DNA of 64,000 bases from Candidatus Eiseniibacteriota bacterium (GTDB taxonomy: Bacteria > Eisenbacteria > RBG-16-71-46), in contig JBBRLX010000020.1 in NCBI GenBank assembly GCA_038231135.1, positions 9,548 to 73,547 of the forward strand, given 5' to 3'. The translations under genes were made by a program, and so were the position numbers. Under the pieces are notes generated by a model. The model worked only from the letters and a program-made list of their open reading frames with translations, searched no databases and was not told where the DNA came from. Shown here one piece after another: positions 21,664-30,114 of this stretch (position 1 is its first letter; each line of letters begins with the position of its first letter).

Positions 21664-22052
21664 GCCCCGCTGCGAAGCCCGCTGCCGGACGCGGCGGGGG
21701 CACCGTGCTGGTCGTCGAGGACGATGCCGACATCCGCGACAGCCTCGCGGCGATCCTCGAGGGCCGCGGCTACGTCGTGCACACCGCCTGCGACGGCGCG
21801 GAGGGTCTCGCGCTGCTGCGCGCCGGTCTCCGGCCGTGCCTGACGCTCGTCGATCTGATGATGCCGGTGATGAACGGCTGGGAGTTTCGCGCCGAGCTGC
21901 TGCGCGATCCGGAGCTGGTCCGGCTCAAGGTGGTCGTGCTGTCGGGCGTCGCCGATATCCGCCAGCACGCGGCGACCCTGGGTGCTGTGAGTTACCTGAG
22001 CAAGCCGATCAACCTGCCGATGCTGTTCGGCACTCTCGAGCAATACTGCTGA
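21660..22052 (+). CDS. Single-domain response regulator (REC only)
   Basis: ATGA overlap with the upstream gene; VLVVEDD, DLMMPVMNG, LSG and KP; no output domain. Confidence 0.9.
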   Translation: MSPAAKPAAGRGGGTVLVVEDDADIRDSLAAILEGRGYVVHTACDGAEGLALLRAGLRPCLTLVDLMMPVMNGWEFRAELLRDPELVRLKVVVLSGVADIRQHAATLGAVSYLSKPINLPMLFGTLEQYC

Positions 22053-22107
22053 GAGGGTTCCCAACCGCCCCGCCACGCTGCACGGCGGCGGCCGCGCGGA
22101 GATTCGA

Positions 22108-22773
22108 ATGGACGTCACGCCCTGGCTCGCCGTCGATCGCTACTTCGCGGACCAGTTGCTGCCGCAGGACGCGGCGCTCGACGCCGCGCTGGCCGCCAGC
22201 GCGGCCGCCGGCCTGCCCGCGATCCAGGTGTCGGCGTTGCAGGGCAAGCTGTTGCAGCTGATGGCGATGCTGATGGGAGCTCGTAACATCCTCGAAGTCG
22301 GCACGCTCGGCGGTTACAGCGCGATCTGGCTCGCGCGCGCCCTGCCGCCGGGCGGCAGGCTGGTCACGCTGGAGATCGATCCGAACCATGCGCGGGTGGC
22401 GCTCGCGAACCTCGCCCATGCCGGACTCGCGGACCGGGTCGAACTCCGGCTCGGCCCCGCGGCGGACTCGCTGGCGCAGCTCGTCGAGCAGGGGGCCGGG
22501 CCGTTCGACCTGGTGTTCATCGACGCCGACAAGCCCGGGAACACCGGCTACTTCGACCGCGCGCTCGAGCTGTCGCGACCCGGCACCGCGATCGTGATCG
22601 ACAACGTCGTGCGCAACGGCGCGGTGCTCGATCCGCACGGGGATGCAAACGTGGCCGGCGCGCGGCGGGTGATCGAACGACTGGCGGGGCACCGCCGGGT
22701 GACGGCCACCGTGATCCAGACGGTGGGCGCCAAGGGTTACGATGGCTTCGCGCTCGCGCGCGTGATCGAGTAG
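22108..22773 (+). CDS. Catechol/caffeoyl-CoA-type O-methyltransferase
   Basis: LEVGTLGGYSAIW, FD.VFIDADK, DNV and K..DGF motifs. Confidence 0.92.
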   Translation: MDVTPWLAVDRYFADQLLPQDAALDAALAASAAAGLPAIQVSALQGKLLQLMAMLMGARNILEVGTLGGYSAIWLARALPPGGRLVTLEIDPNHARVALANLAHAGLADRVELRLGPAADSLAQLVEQGAGPFDLVFIDADKPGNTGYFDRALELSRPGTAIVIDNVVRNGAVLDPHGDANVAGARRVIERLAGHRRVTATVIQTVGAKGYDGFALARVIE

Positions 22774-22811
22774 CGCGGCGCAGGGCGGAACGCCTGCGCT
22801 ATACTCAGCCG

Positions 22812-23450
22812 ATGAAACGGCGCCGGTTCCTGCAGCTCGCGGTTGCATTGCCGGCGCTGTGGGCGATGCTCGAGCGGCTTCGCACCCCTGAGGCATGGGC
22901 GTCGGCGGCGCGCGCCGCCATCCCGCCGGGGACGTCCCGCGCCGCGCTACCGCCCACGCCCGATTGCGACGATGGCGACGAAACGCCCGCGGAGACCGAG
23001 GGGCCGTTCTACAAGCCGCGCTCGCCACGCCGCAGTTCGTTGATCGAGTCCGGCCTCGCCGGCACCCGGATCGTGCTCACCGGCAGGGTGCTGTCGCACC
23101 ACTGCGAGCCCGTGAACAACGCGCTGCTCGACTTCTGGCACGCGGACTCGAACGGCGACTACGACAACGATGGCTTCCGCTGCCGTGGACATCAGTACAC
23201 CGACGCGGAGGGCCGCTACCGCCTCGAGACCGTGGTTCCCGGCCTGTACCCGGGACGCACCCGGCACTTTCACGTGAAGGTGCAGGGACCGGGCGCCCGG
23301 CTGCTCACCACCCAGCTGTATTTCCCCCGCGAGCCGCGCAATTCCGAGGACTCCCTGTTCCGCGCTGAATTGCTCATGAGGGTACGCAGTGGAGTGCAGC
23401 GGCGCGATGCCCGGTTCGACTTCGTGATCGAGGACTCCAGTCGCTCGTGA
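22812..23450 (+). CDS. Tat-exported intradiol ring-cleavage dioxygenase-like protein
   Basis: KRRRFL twin-arginine signal; EGPFY, W.AD..G.Y, RG.Q.TD..G.Y, PG.Y.GR..H.H and TTQLYF motifs. Confidence 0.88.
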   Translation: MKRRRFLQLAVALPALWAMLERLRTPEAWASAARAAIPPGTSRAALPPTPDCDDGDETPAETEGPFYKPRSPRRSSLIESGLAGTRIVLTGRVLSHHCEPVNNALLDFWHADSNGDYDNDGFRCRGHQYTDAEGRYRLETVVPGLYPGRTRHFHVKVQGPGARLLTTQLYFPREPRNSEDSLFRAELLMRVRSGVQRRDARFDFVIEDSSRS

Positions 23451-23501
23451 ACCGCCGGGCAAACCCCAAGCGATCCCATGAACTGCGTGGGGTAATGGAA
23501 T

Positions 23502-23537
23502 CGTGGGTCGATCGAAACTTCGGTCGGCCCACGTTTT
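23502..23537 (+). terminator. Rho-independent terminator
   Basis: Stem CGTGGGTCGATCGAA / TTCGGTCGGCCCACG (with G-U pairs) followed by TTTT. Confidence 0.7.
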
Positions 23538-23683
23538 ATGTCCGGAATCTGTCCAGTTCCGGTGATAGAGTCTAGGCTGCCGTTTCCTTCAGCCGTTCGC
23601 CATTTAGCACACGTTCGTGCATCGGATACCGCCGCCGATCCGCGGGGGGAGTGTCCACAGTGAATTTGCATTCGAGCGTTTCC

Positions 23684-26600
23684 ATGTCGCGGCGCCTGCA
23701 CTGGATCCCGGCGTTGTGTGCGGTGTTGGGGCTGGCGGCGTTCGTTGCGGACGAGGCCGCTGCCGCCGGCGTGGACCTGTCGTGGGACGAATGCGGCCTC
23801 GCCGGCAGCCAGTTCAAGGCCTCGGCCTGTGCGTCGAACACCGGCTCGCCCTACAACCTGGTGGCATCGTTCCAGCCCCCCGGCGGTATCACGCAACTCG
23901 TCGGCATCACCGCCGACCTGCGGGTCTCCTCGATCGCGCTGCCCGACTGGTGGAAGCACGGCAGCGGGCAATGCCGGGGCACGTCATCGCTGCTCACGAA
24001 CTTCGATTTCACCTCGGGGCCGGTGGTATGCCGGCCCGTGTGGTCGGTGCCGGTGTTCGGAGGCTACACGTACACGCTGGGCGACTATGGGCCCAACACC
24101 GCACGGCTGCGGGTGTCGGCGTTCGTGTCCGACGACCAGGCGGCGGCGGTGCGGCCCGATTCCGAGTACTACGCTTTTCGTGCTCAGATCCTGGCCGATC
24201 GTTCGACGGGCGCCGGCAGCTGCGCCGGCTGCTCGGCGCCGGTCGCGCTGTCGATCGTCCGCATGCAGCTGTTTCAACCCGCCGCGCAGGCGAACAATCC
24301 GATCCTGACGACTGCGTTGCACCGGGACACCGCGTACTGGCAGGCGGTGCCAATCCCGCCGCCCGCGATCGCAGCGTTTTCGCCGCAATGCCTGGTGCCG
24401 GCGGGAGTGGTCACGATCCAAGGGCACTATTTCACCGGTGTGACGTCGGTGACGTTCGGCCCGCTCGAGACCCCCGCCGTATTCTCGGTGGTGTCCGACA
24501 GCGTCGTCACGGCAACGCTTCCCGATGACGCGGTACCGGGCACCATCAAGCTCACGAGCAGCTACGGCACCGGGTCCGGGCCCTACAATTTCGCGATCGG
24601 AGCGCTGCTGCGCGCGACGCTGACCGCGCTGCCGCATACGGCGCCGGCGGGAACGGTGATCGCGGTGTTCGGTCGCGGCATGGTGTCGGTCACCGGCGTC
24701 ACCGTCGGCGGCATCGGCGCGACGTTCAACGCCAGCTCCGACAGCGTGCTCCATGTGACCGTCCCCGCGGCGGCCGCGACTGGACGCATCGTCGTGACGA
24801 GCTGCTCCGGCAACGACACCACGGATGCGTTCCACATCGGACCGCTGTCCGAGGGGTTCCTCAACCTGGCGTGGGACGACTGCGGAACCGCGGGAACCGC
24901 GCTCAAGACGTTTGCGTGCGATTCGAACGCTCCCACGTTCCCGCTGATCGTTTCGTTCGTTCCGCCGCTGGACGTGAACCGCCTCGGCGGCATCGCGGCC
25001 GATCTCCGGCTCCAGTCCGGTCAGGTTCCCGACTGGTGGAAGTTCGGCGCGGGATTGTGCCGCGGTGCACTGGCTCCCGCGGTGAACCTGGCGTTCACCG
25101 GGCCGCCGGCATCGTGCGCGAATCCGTGGAATTCGGTGCCGAGCGTGACGACGAGTTACGACCTGGGCTACTACGGGCCGAATACGGCGCGCCTGCACGT
25201 ATTCGCCAGCTTCAACTCCGTCACGTCGCGCGCCGTGTCGCCCGACTCCGAGTACTACGGACTGCGCGTGCTGGTGGACGCCAGCCACACGACGGGCGTG
25301 GGCGCGTGCGACGGCTGTGACGTGCCGCAGAGCCTGACGCTGGACGGCCTGCAACTGTTCCAGCTCGCCGAGTACGGCTACGACCCGATGATCGAGGCGC
25401 CGAAGAATCGCAACACGGTGTACTGGCAGGGCACACCGGGCCCGCCGCCGACGCTGACGTCGATCACCCCCGCCGCGGGCCCGGTCGGATCCACGGTGCG
25501 GCTGAGCGGCGCCCGCCTGGCGACCACCCATGACGTGCGCTTCAATGGTACGGCCGCGACGTTTGGCGTGACAGGCGACACGCTGGTCACCGCCACGGTT
25601 CCCGCCGGCGCGCGAACCGGCACCGTGCTCGTGCTCACGCACTACGGCTCGGCGATCGCGCCCCTGATCTTCGTGCTGCCGCCGCACATCGCCTCGTTCA
25701 TTCCCGCCCAGGCGCCGATCGGATTCGACGTTTTGGTCACCGGCACCGATTTCACGAGCACCTCGGCGGTATCGTTCGGCGGCGTGGCCGCCTCGTTCCA
25801 GGCCCTGTCCGACGTCGAACTCTCGACGTCCGTGCCCCTGGGCGCCCACAACGGGCCCATCATCGTGACGAACGCCGCCGGTAGCGACACCTCGCGCACG
25901 GATTTCATCGTCAGCTCGTTCACGAATGGCGGCGGCATCAACCTGTCGTGGGGCGATTGCGGCACCTTCGGACTCCACAACACTTCGTTCGCGTGCAACA
26001 GCAATCTGGGGACACCGTTCGTACTGATTGGGTCGTTCACTCCTCCACCCGGTATCAGCAATTTCCTCGGAATTAACGCACAGGTCGACATCACGACCGA
26101 TCAGGCGACGTTGCCGGACTGGTGGCGGCACGGCGCGGGCCAATGCCGCGGCACGACCGGCCTCAGCAGCGGTTTCGACTTCACGGTGGGCCCGTTCAGT
26201 TGCACCGATTTCTATGCCGGAATGGCAGCGGGCGGATTCGCGTATGACGTGGCGTTCGGGTCGCCGGCGCGCGCGCGCTTGCGCCTCACGTGTGCGGTGC
26301 CGATCGACAACCGGGGTCCGGTGGATCCGTCGGTCGAGTACTACGCGTTCAAAGTCAACCTGCTGCGCGCCAAGACGACCGGCGCGGGCAATTGCGCCGG
26401 CTGTGCGAACCAGGCTTGCATCGTGCTGAACAACATCCAGTTGTTCCAGACGCCGGAAGCGCAGTTCGATCCCGTCGTGTCGAACCCCCAGTATTCGAAC
26501 TTCGTCACGTGGCAGGGCCAGCCCGCGTCATGCCCGATGTCGACCGCCGTGCAGGTGGCCGTGGTGTCCGGCGATGCGCTCGCGGGCGTGGTGCATGTAG

Positions 26601-27085
26601 TGTGGAGCGTGAACGGCTTCGACCATGCCACGATCGAGCGGCGTGAAGGCGCGGGCAACTGGCTGCCGCTCGACGTCCGGATTCCCGACGGCACACACCA
26701 TGTCAGTTATGACGACGCCGCCGTGCGCGCCGGCGTGACGTATTCGTACCGGCTCGGCCTCCCCGTGCCGGAGGGCGAGGTGTACCAGGGAGAAGTGTCG
26801 ATCACGGTGCCGGCGACCGCTGAACTGTCGCTCGGCCCCGTGATCGTGGGAGGGAACGCGGCGACGCTGGCCTTTACGCTGACGCTGCCGGCCGCTGGGC
26901 CGGCGACGGTCGACGTGTTCGACGCCACCGGCCGGCGGTGTGCGGGCCAGCATCTCGACCGGATGGCGGCGGGGGCGCACGCGGTATCGCTGCGGCCCGC
27001 GAACCCGCTCGCGGCCGGGATGTACTTCGCCCGCGTGCGGGCAGGCAGCGGACAGGTGAGCCGCCGGTTCGTGGTGCTCCGGTGA
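23684..27085 (+). CDS. Large secreted protein: three copies of a Cys-rich domain, four IPT/TIG domains and a C-terminal sorting-like domain
   Basis: Signal peptide; repeats beginning LSWDECG, LAWDDCG and LSWGDCG; IPT motifs (P..G..V...G..F.....V.F); terminal D..GR...G.YF.R. Start may be 23651 or 23660. Confidence 0.85.
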   Translation: MSRRLHWIPALCAVLGLAAFVADEAAAAGVDLSWDECGLAGSQFKASACASNTGSPYNLVASFQPPGGITQLVGITADLRVSSIALPDWWKHGSGQCRGTSSLLTNFDFTSGPVVCRPVWSVPVFGGYTYTLGDYGPNTARLRVSAFVSDDQAAAVRPDSEYYAFRAQILADRSTGAGSCAGCSAPVALSIVRMQLFQPAAQANNPILTTALHRDTAYWQAVPIPPPAIAAFSPQCLVPAGVVTIQGHYFTGVTSVTFGPLETPAVFSVVSDSVVTATLPDDAVPGTIKLTSSYGTGSGPYNFAIGALLRATLTALPHTAPAGTVIAVFGRGMVSVTGVTVGGIGATFNASSDSVLHVTVPAAAATGRIVVTSCSGNDTTDAFHIGPLSEGFLNLAWDDCGTAGTALKTFACDSNAPTFPLIVSFVPPLDVNRLGGIAADLRLQSGQVPDWWKFGAGLCRGALAPAVNLAFTGPPASCANPWNSVPSVTTSYDLGYYGPNTARLHVFASFNSVTSRAVSPDSEYYGLRVLVDASHTTGVGACDGCDVPQSLTLDGLQLFQLAEYGYDPMIEAPKNRNTVYWQGTPGPPPTLTSITPAAGPVGSTVRLSGARLATTHDVRFNGTAATFGVTGDTLVTATVPAGARTGTVLVLTHYGSAIAPLIFVLPPHIASFIPAQAPIGFDVLVTGTDFTSTSAVSFGGVAASFQALSDVELSTSVPLGAHNGPIIVTNAAGSDTSRTDFIVSSFTNGGGINLSWGDCGTFGLHNTSFACNSNLGTPFVLIGSFTPPPGISNFLGINAQVDITTDQATLPDWWRHGAGQCRGTTGLSSGFDFTVGPFSCTDFYAGMAAGGFAYDVAFGSPARARLRLTCAVPIDNRGPVDPSVEYYAFKVNLLRAKTTGAGNCAGCANQACIVLNNIQLFQTPEAQFDPVVSNPQYSNFVTWQGQPASCPMSTAVQVAVVSGDALAGVVHVVWSVNGFDHATIERREGAGNWLPLDVRIPDGTHHVSYDDAAVRAGVTYSYRLGLPVPEGEVYQGEVSITVPATAELSLGPVIVGGNAATLAFTLTLPAAGPATVDVFDATGRRCAGQHLDRMAAGAHAVSLRPANPLAAGMYFARVRAGSGQVSRRFVVLR

Positions 27086-27193
27086 AATCCGGATTCCTCA
27101 CTTTGCGACCGGCGGCGGGCCGGGGCTGACCCGCCCCGGCGCTCGTCCATCGCGATTCCGCGCCGGTCGATGGGGCGCCCGCGTTCGGCGTAA

Positions 27194-27233
27194 CTACGAA
27201 GGTTTTCGTTGACTCTACGAACACCTTCGTAGA
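27194..27233. promoter_or_regulatory. Tandem BlaI/MecI-type operators overlapping a -35 element
   Basis: CTACGAA-N4-TTCGTTG (27194-27211) and perfect TCTACGAA-N4-TTCGTAGA (27214-27233), with TTGACT at 27209-27214, directly upstream of the blaI-like gene. Confidence 0.75.
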
Positions 27234-27260
27234 TCTTGTTCGCGGACGAGGAGGACCGCC

Positions 27261-27647
27261 ATGAAAACCTCAAAGGAACTGCCGCGGCCGACGCAGGCCG
27301 AGCTCGAGATCCTCAGCGTGCTGTGGCAGGAGGGGCCGAGTTCGGTGCGCGACGTTCAGCGCCAGCTGGGTAAGGCGCCCGGCTATACCACGGTGCTCAA
27401 GCAGCTCCAGATCATGGCAGGCAAGAAGCTGGTCGTGCGCGACGAGAGCCAGCGCAGCCACGTCTATCAGGCGGCGGTCGCGCGCGAACAAACGCAGCGT
27501 CAGCTCGTGACCGATCTCGTGGAGCGCGCGTTCGGCGGCTCCTCGAGCCAGCTCATCCTGCAGGCGCTCGCCACCCGCCCCGCGTCTCGCGATGAAATGC
27601 GGGAGATTCGACGGTTGCTCGAACAGGCAGGAGGGGACAAGTCATGA
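27261..27647 (+). CDS. BlaI/MecI/CopY-family repressor
   Basis: PT.AELEIL.VLW..GP..VR.V, YTTV.K.L..M..K.LV.R and F.GS...L motifs. Confidence 0.93.
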   Translation: MKTSKELPRPTQAELEILSVLWQEGPSSVRDVQRQLGKAPGYTTVLKQLQIMAGKKLVVRDESQRSHVYQAAVAREQTQRQLVTDLVERAFGGSSSQLILQALATRPASRDEMREIRRLLEQAGGDKS

Positions 27648-30025
27648 GTGCCTTCGGATTCTCCTTCGACAACGCCGTCGTCGTGGCGCTGGGTTGGACG
27701 CTCCTGCACTTCCTGTGGCAGGGCGCGCTGGTGGCGGCGGTGCTCGCGGCCATCGACGCGCTGGCGGCCCGCGGCCGGCCCCAGATCCGGTATCTCGCGG
27801 CGTGCGCCGCGATGCTGCTGCTGTTCGCGATGCCGCTGGCCACGTTCGTGACGACGCGCGCCGCGGCCCCGCGCGACGCCGCTCGCGCCGGGTCGCCGTC
27901 GCAATCGATGCCGGGTGGCCAGCTCGTGTCGCACGACCGGATGGATGTGGCGCCACTCGTGATGGCGGCCGGCGCGGCGCCGCACGGCGCCGCCCGCCCC
28001 GCGCCGCATTCGATTCCGGCGCCGGTCCTGCCGTTCGGCGGGACCCGGGGCGTCGACCTGGCCTTCCTGCTGCCGTGGCTCGTCGCCGCATGGTCGCTCG
28101 GGGTGCTGGCGCTGTCGCTGCGACTCGCCGGCGGCTGGTGGCTGGCGCGCCGGATGGCTCGCTCGGCCGGGAACGCCACGCTCGAACACTGGAACGGCAC
28201 GCTAGGCGCGCTCAGGGAGCGCATGCGGATCACGCGGCCGGTGCGGCTCGTGCGCTCGGCGCTCGTCTCGGTGCCCACGGTGGTCGGCTGGCTGCGACCG
28301 GTGATCCTGCTGCCGGCGAGCACGATGCTCGGCCTCAGTCCCGCCCAGATCGAGGCGGTGCTCGCCCACGAGCTCGCGCATGTTCGCCGTCACGACTACG
28401 TCGTCAACCTGTTGCAGTGCGTGATCGAGACCGTGCTGTTCTATCACCCGGCCGTGTGGTGGGTGTCGCGGCGCGTGCGCGAGGAACGCGAGTTGTGCTG
28501 TGACGATCTCGCCGTTCAGACGTGCGGGGATCCGGTCGTCTACGCGCGTGCGCTGTGCGAGCTCGAGGAGTTGCGCGGGGCGACGCTGCAGACGGCGATG
28601 GCCGCCACCGGCGGCTCGCTGGTCGCGCGCATCGCGCGGCTCGTCGGCGCGTCCCGGCCGCGCTCGATCGAGCGGACGCAGGGGTTCGCGTGGGTGCTGG
28701 TGGCATCGCTGGTGCTGTTCGTGGGCGCCGCGGGGGGCGCGGTGCGCGTCCACGATCGTCCCGTGGCGGCGCAGCTCGCGCGCCTCGTGCGGCAGGCGGT
28801 GCGCCCGGCTCCAGACGCCGCCGTCGTCAGCACCACGTCCGCGCCCGCCGCCGCGACGAAGTGCGAGACCTCGGGCACCGGCTGCCCGCAGGCCCGCATG
28901 GCGGATGGGACGGACAGGACGGACGTGTCCGACACCGCCGACGCGCCGGTCGCCTGCGACGCCCCCGACCCCGCCGACGTCACGCCCACGCAGGACGCGA
29001 GCGTAGCGCCCGAGGCGCCCGAGGCTCCGGACGCCCCCGACGGCGTGGCCGCGCCGCTGCCGCCCATGCCGCCGGGGTCGGCGGCCTCCAGCGACCGGTT
29101 CTCGCCGCGCGACCGGGAACGGCTGTCGAGCGCCGGCGTCAACGAGCGGTACGTCGATAACCTGGCGCGCAACGGTTATCCGGCGCTGACGGTCGACGAG
29201 CTGATGCGCCTCGCCCAGCATGGCGTCATGTCGGCGTACGCCGGCACGATGGTCAAGCTGTTCGATTCCCCCGGCGTCGCCGACCTGGTCGCGCTCGCGG
29301 ACCACGGCGTCTCGAGCCGCTACGCCGCCGCCATGCGCCGCGAGTTGCCGCGCGTCGACGTTCCAACGGTGATCGAGCTCGCGGACAACGGGATCTCAGC
29401 GGAGTACCTGTCCGGCATGCGCGAACTCGATCTGGGCGACCTGTCCCCGGCCGATCTGATCCGGCTCGCGAACAATGGCGTCACGCTCGAATGGTTCGCG
29501 TCGTTGCGTTGGATGGGGTATGCCGATTTCACGGTGGACCGTGCCATCGAGCTGCGGAACGCCGGCGTCACCGCCGACTACGCCGCGTCGTTGCGCATCC
29601 TCAGCCGTCATCGGCTCACCCTGGAAGAGCTGCGCACCCTGAGGAATCAGGGAGTGGACGTCGAATACGCCGCCACCATCCTCGGCATGCTGCGCAAGGA
29701 CCTGTCGGTGGACCAGCTCGTCCGCCTGCGCAATCAGGACGTGACGGTCGACTACATCGCCGCGATGAACGCGCTCGGCTACGAGAAGCTCGGAACCGAC
29801 GACCTCATCGAGCTGCGCCAGACGGGGGTGGACCCGGAATTCGTGGCCGAGATGGCCGGGGCCGGGTTCTCGAACCTGTCGAGCCACGATCTGGTGCGGC
29901 TGCACCAGACCGGCGTGACGCTCGACTTCATCCAGGAAGTTCGTGACGCCGGCTACCCGTCACCGAGCGTGAGCGATCTCGTACACATGCGGCAGTCCGG
30001 CATCCCGACACCCAATCGTCCATAG
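27644..30025 (+). CDS. M56 (BlaR1-type) membrane metallopeptidase with a C-terminal tandem helical-repeat domain
   Basis: LGW.L.HF.WQG, P...G...P.ILLP, HELAH..R.D and E..CD motifs; then a TM helix, a Pro/Ala/Asp linker and about 10 repeats of 28-29 aa. Confidence 0.92.
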   Translation: MSAFGFSFDNAVVVALGWTLLHFLWQGALVAAVLAAIDALAARGRPQIRYLAACAAMLLLFAMPLATFVTTRAAAPRDAARAGSPSQSMPGGQLVSHDRMDVAPLVMAAGAAPHGAARPAPHSIPAPVLPFGGTRGVDLAFLLPWLVAAWSLGVLALSLRLAGGWWLARRMARSAGNATLEHWNGTLGALRERMRITRPVRLVRSALVSVPTVVGWLRPVILLPASTMLGLSPAQIEAVLAHELAHVRRHDYVVNLLQCVIETVLFYHPAVWWVSRRVREERELCCDDLAVQTCGDPVVYARALCELEELRGATLQTAMAATGGSLVARIARLVGASRPRSIERTQGFAWVLVASLVLFVGAAGGAVRVHDRPVAAQLARLVRQAVRPAPDAAVVSTTSAPAAATKCETSGTGCPQARMADGTDRTDVSDTADAPVACDAPDPADVTPTQDASVAPEAPEAPDAPDGVAAPLPPMPPGSAASSDRFSPRDRERLSSAGVNERYVDNLARNGYPALTVDELMRLAQHGVMSAYAGTMVKLFDSPGVADLVALADHGVSSRYAAAMRRELPRVDVPTVIELADNGISAEYLSGMRELDLGDLSPADLIRLANNGVTLEWFASLRWMGYADFTVDRAIELRNAGVTADYAASLRILSRHRLTLEELRTLRNQGVDVEYAATILGMLRKDLSVDQLVRLRNQDVTVDYIAAMNALGYEKLGTDDLIELRQTGVDPEFVAEMAGAGFSNLSSHDLVRLHQTGVTLDFIQEVRDAGYPSPSVSDLVHMRQSGIPTPNRP

Positions 30026-30040
30026 CACCCGACGTGCGGG

Positions 30041-30108
30041 CTCCCGGGTCCGTGGGCTAGTATCCGTCGCTGATTCCATTGACCGATACTCGCCCACGGA
30101 CCCGGGAG
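30041..30108. repeat. Long inverted repeat (24-bp arms, one mismatch, 20-nt loop)
   Basis: CTCCCGGGTCCGTGGGCTAGTATC ... GATACTCGCCCACGGACCCGGGAG; inner core shared with the repeat at 36720-36784. Confidence 0.85.
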
Positions 30109-30114
30109 AGCTGG

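Noticed and set aside
23455..23540. Possible c-di-GMP-I riboswitch (GGCAAACC followed by a terminator, upstream of the surface protein)
   Set aside because: The GAAA-capped stem and the following GACGCAAAG element are absent; the hairpin is adequately explained as the dioxygenase terminator. A covariance-model search would settle it.
29132..29995. CRISPR array or DNA tandem repeat
   Set aside because: The periodicity is at the protein level with diverged codons; no repeat-spacer structure or cas genes are seen anywhere in the window.
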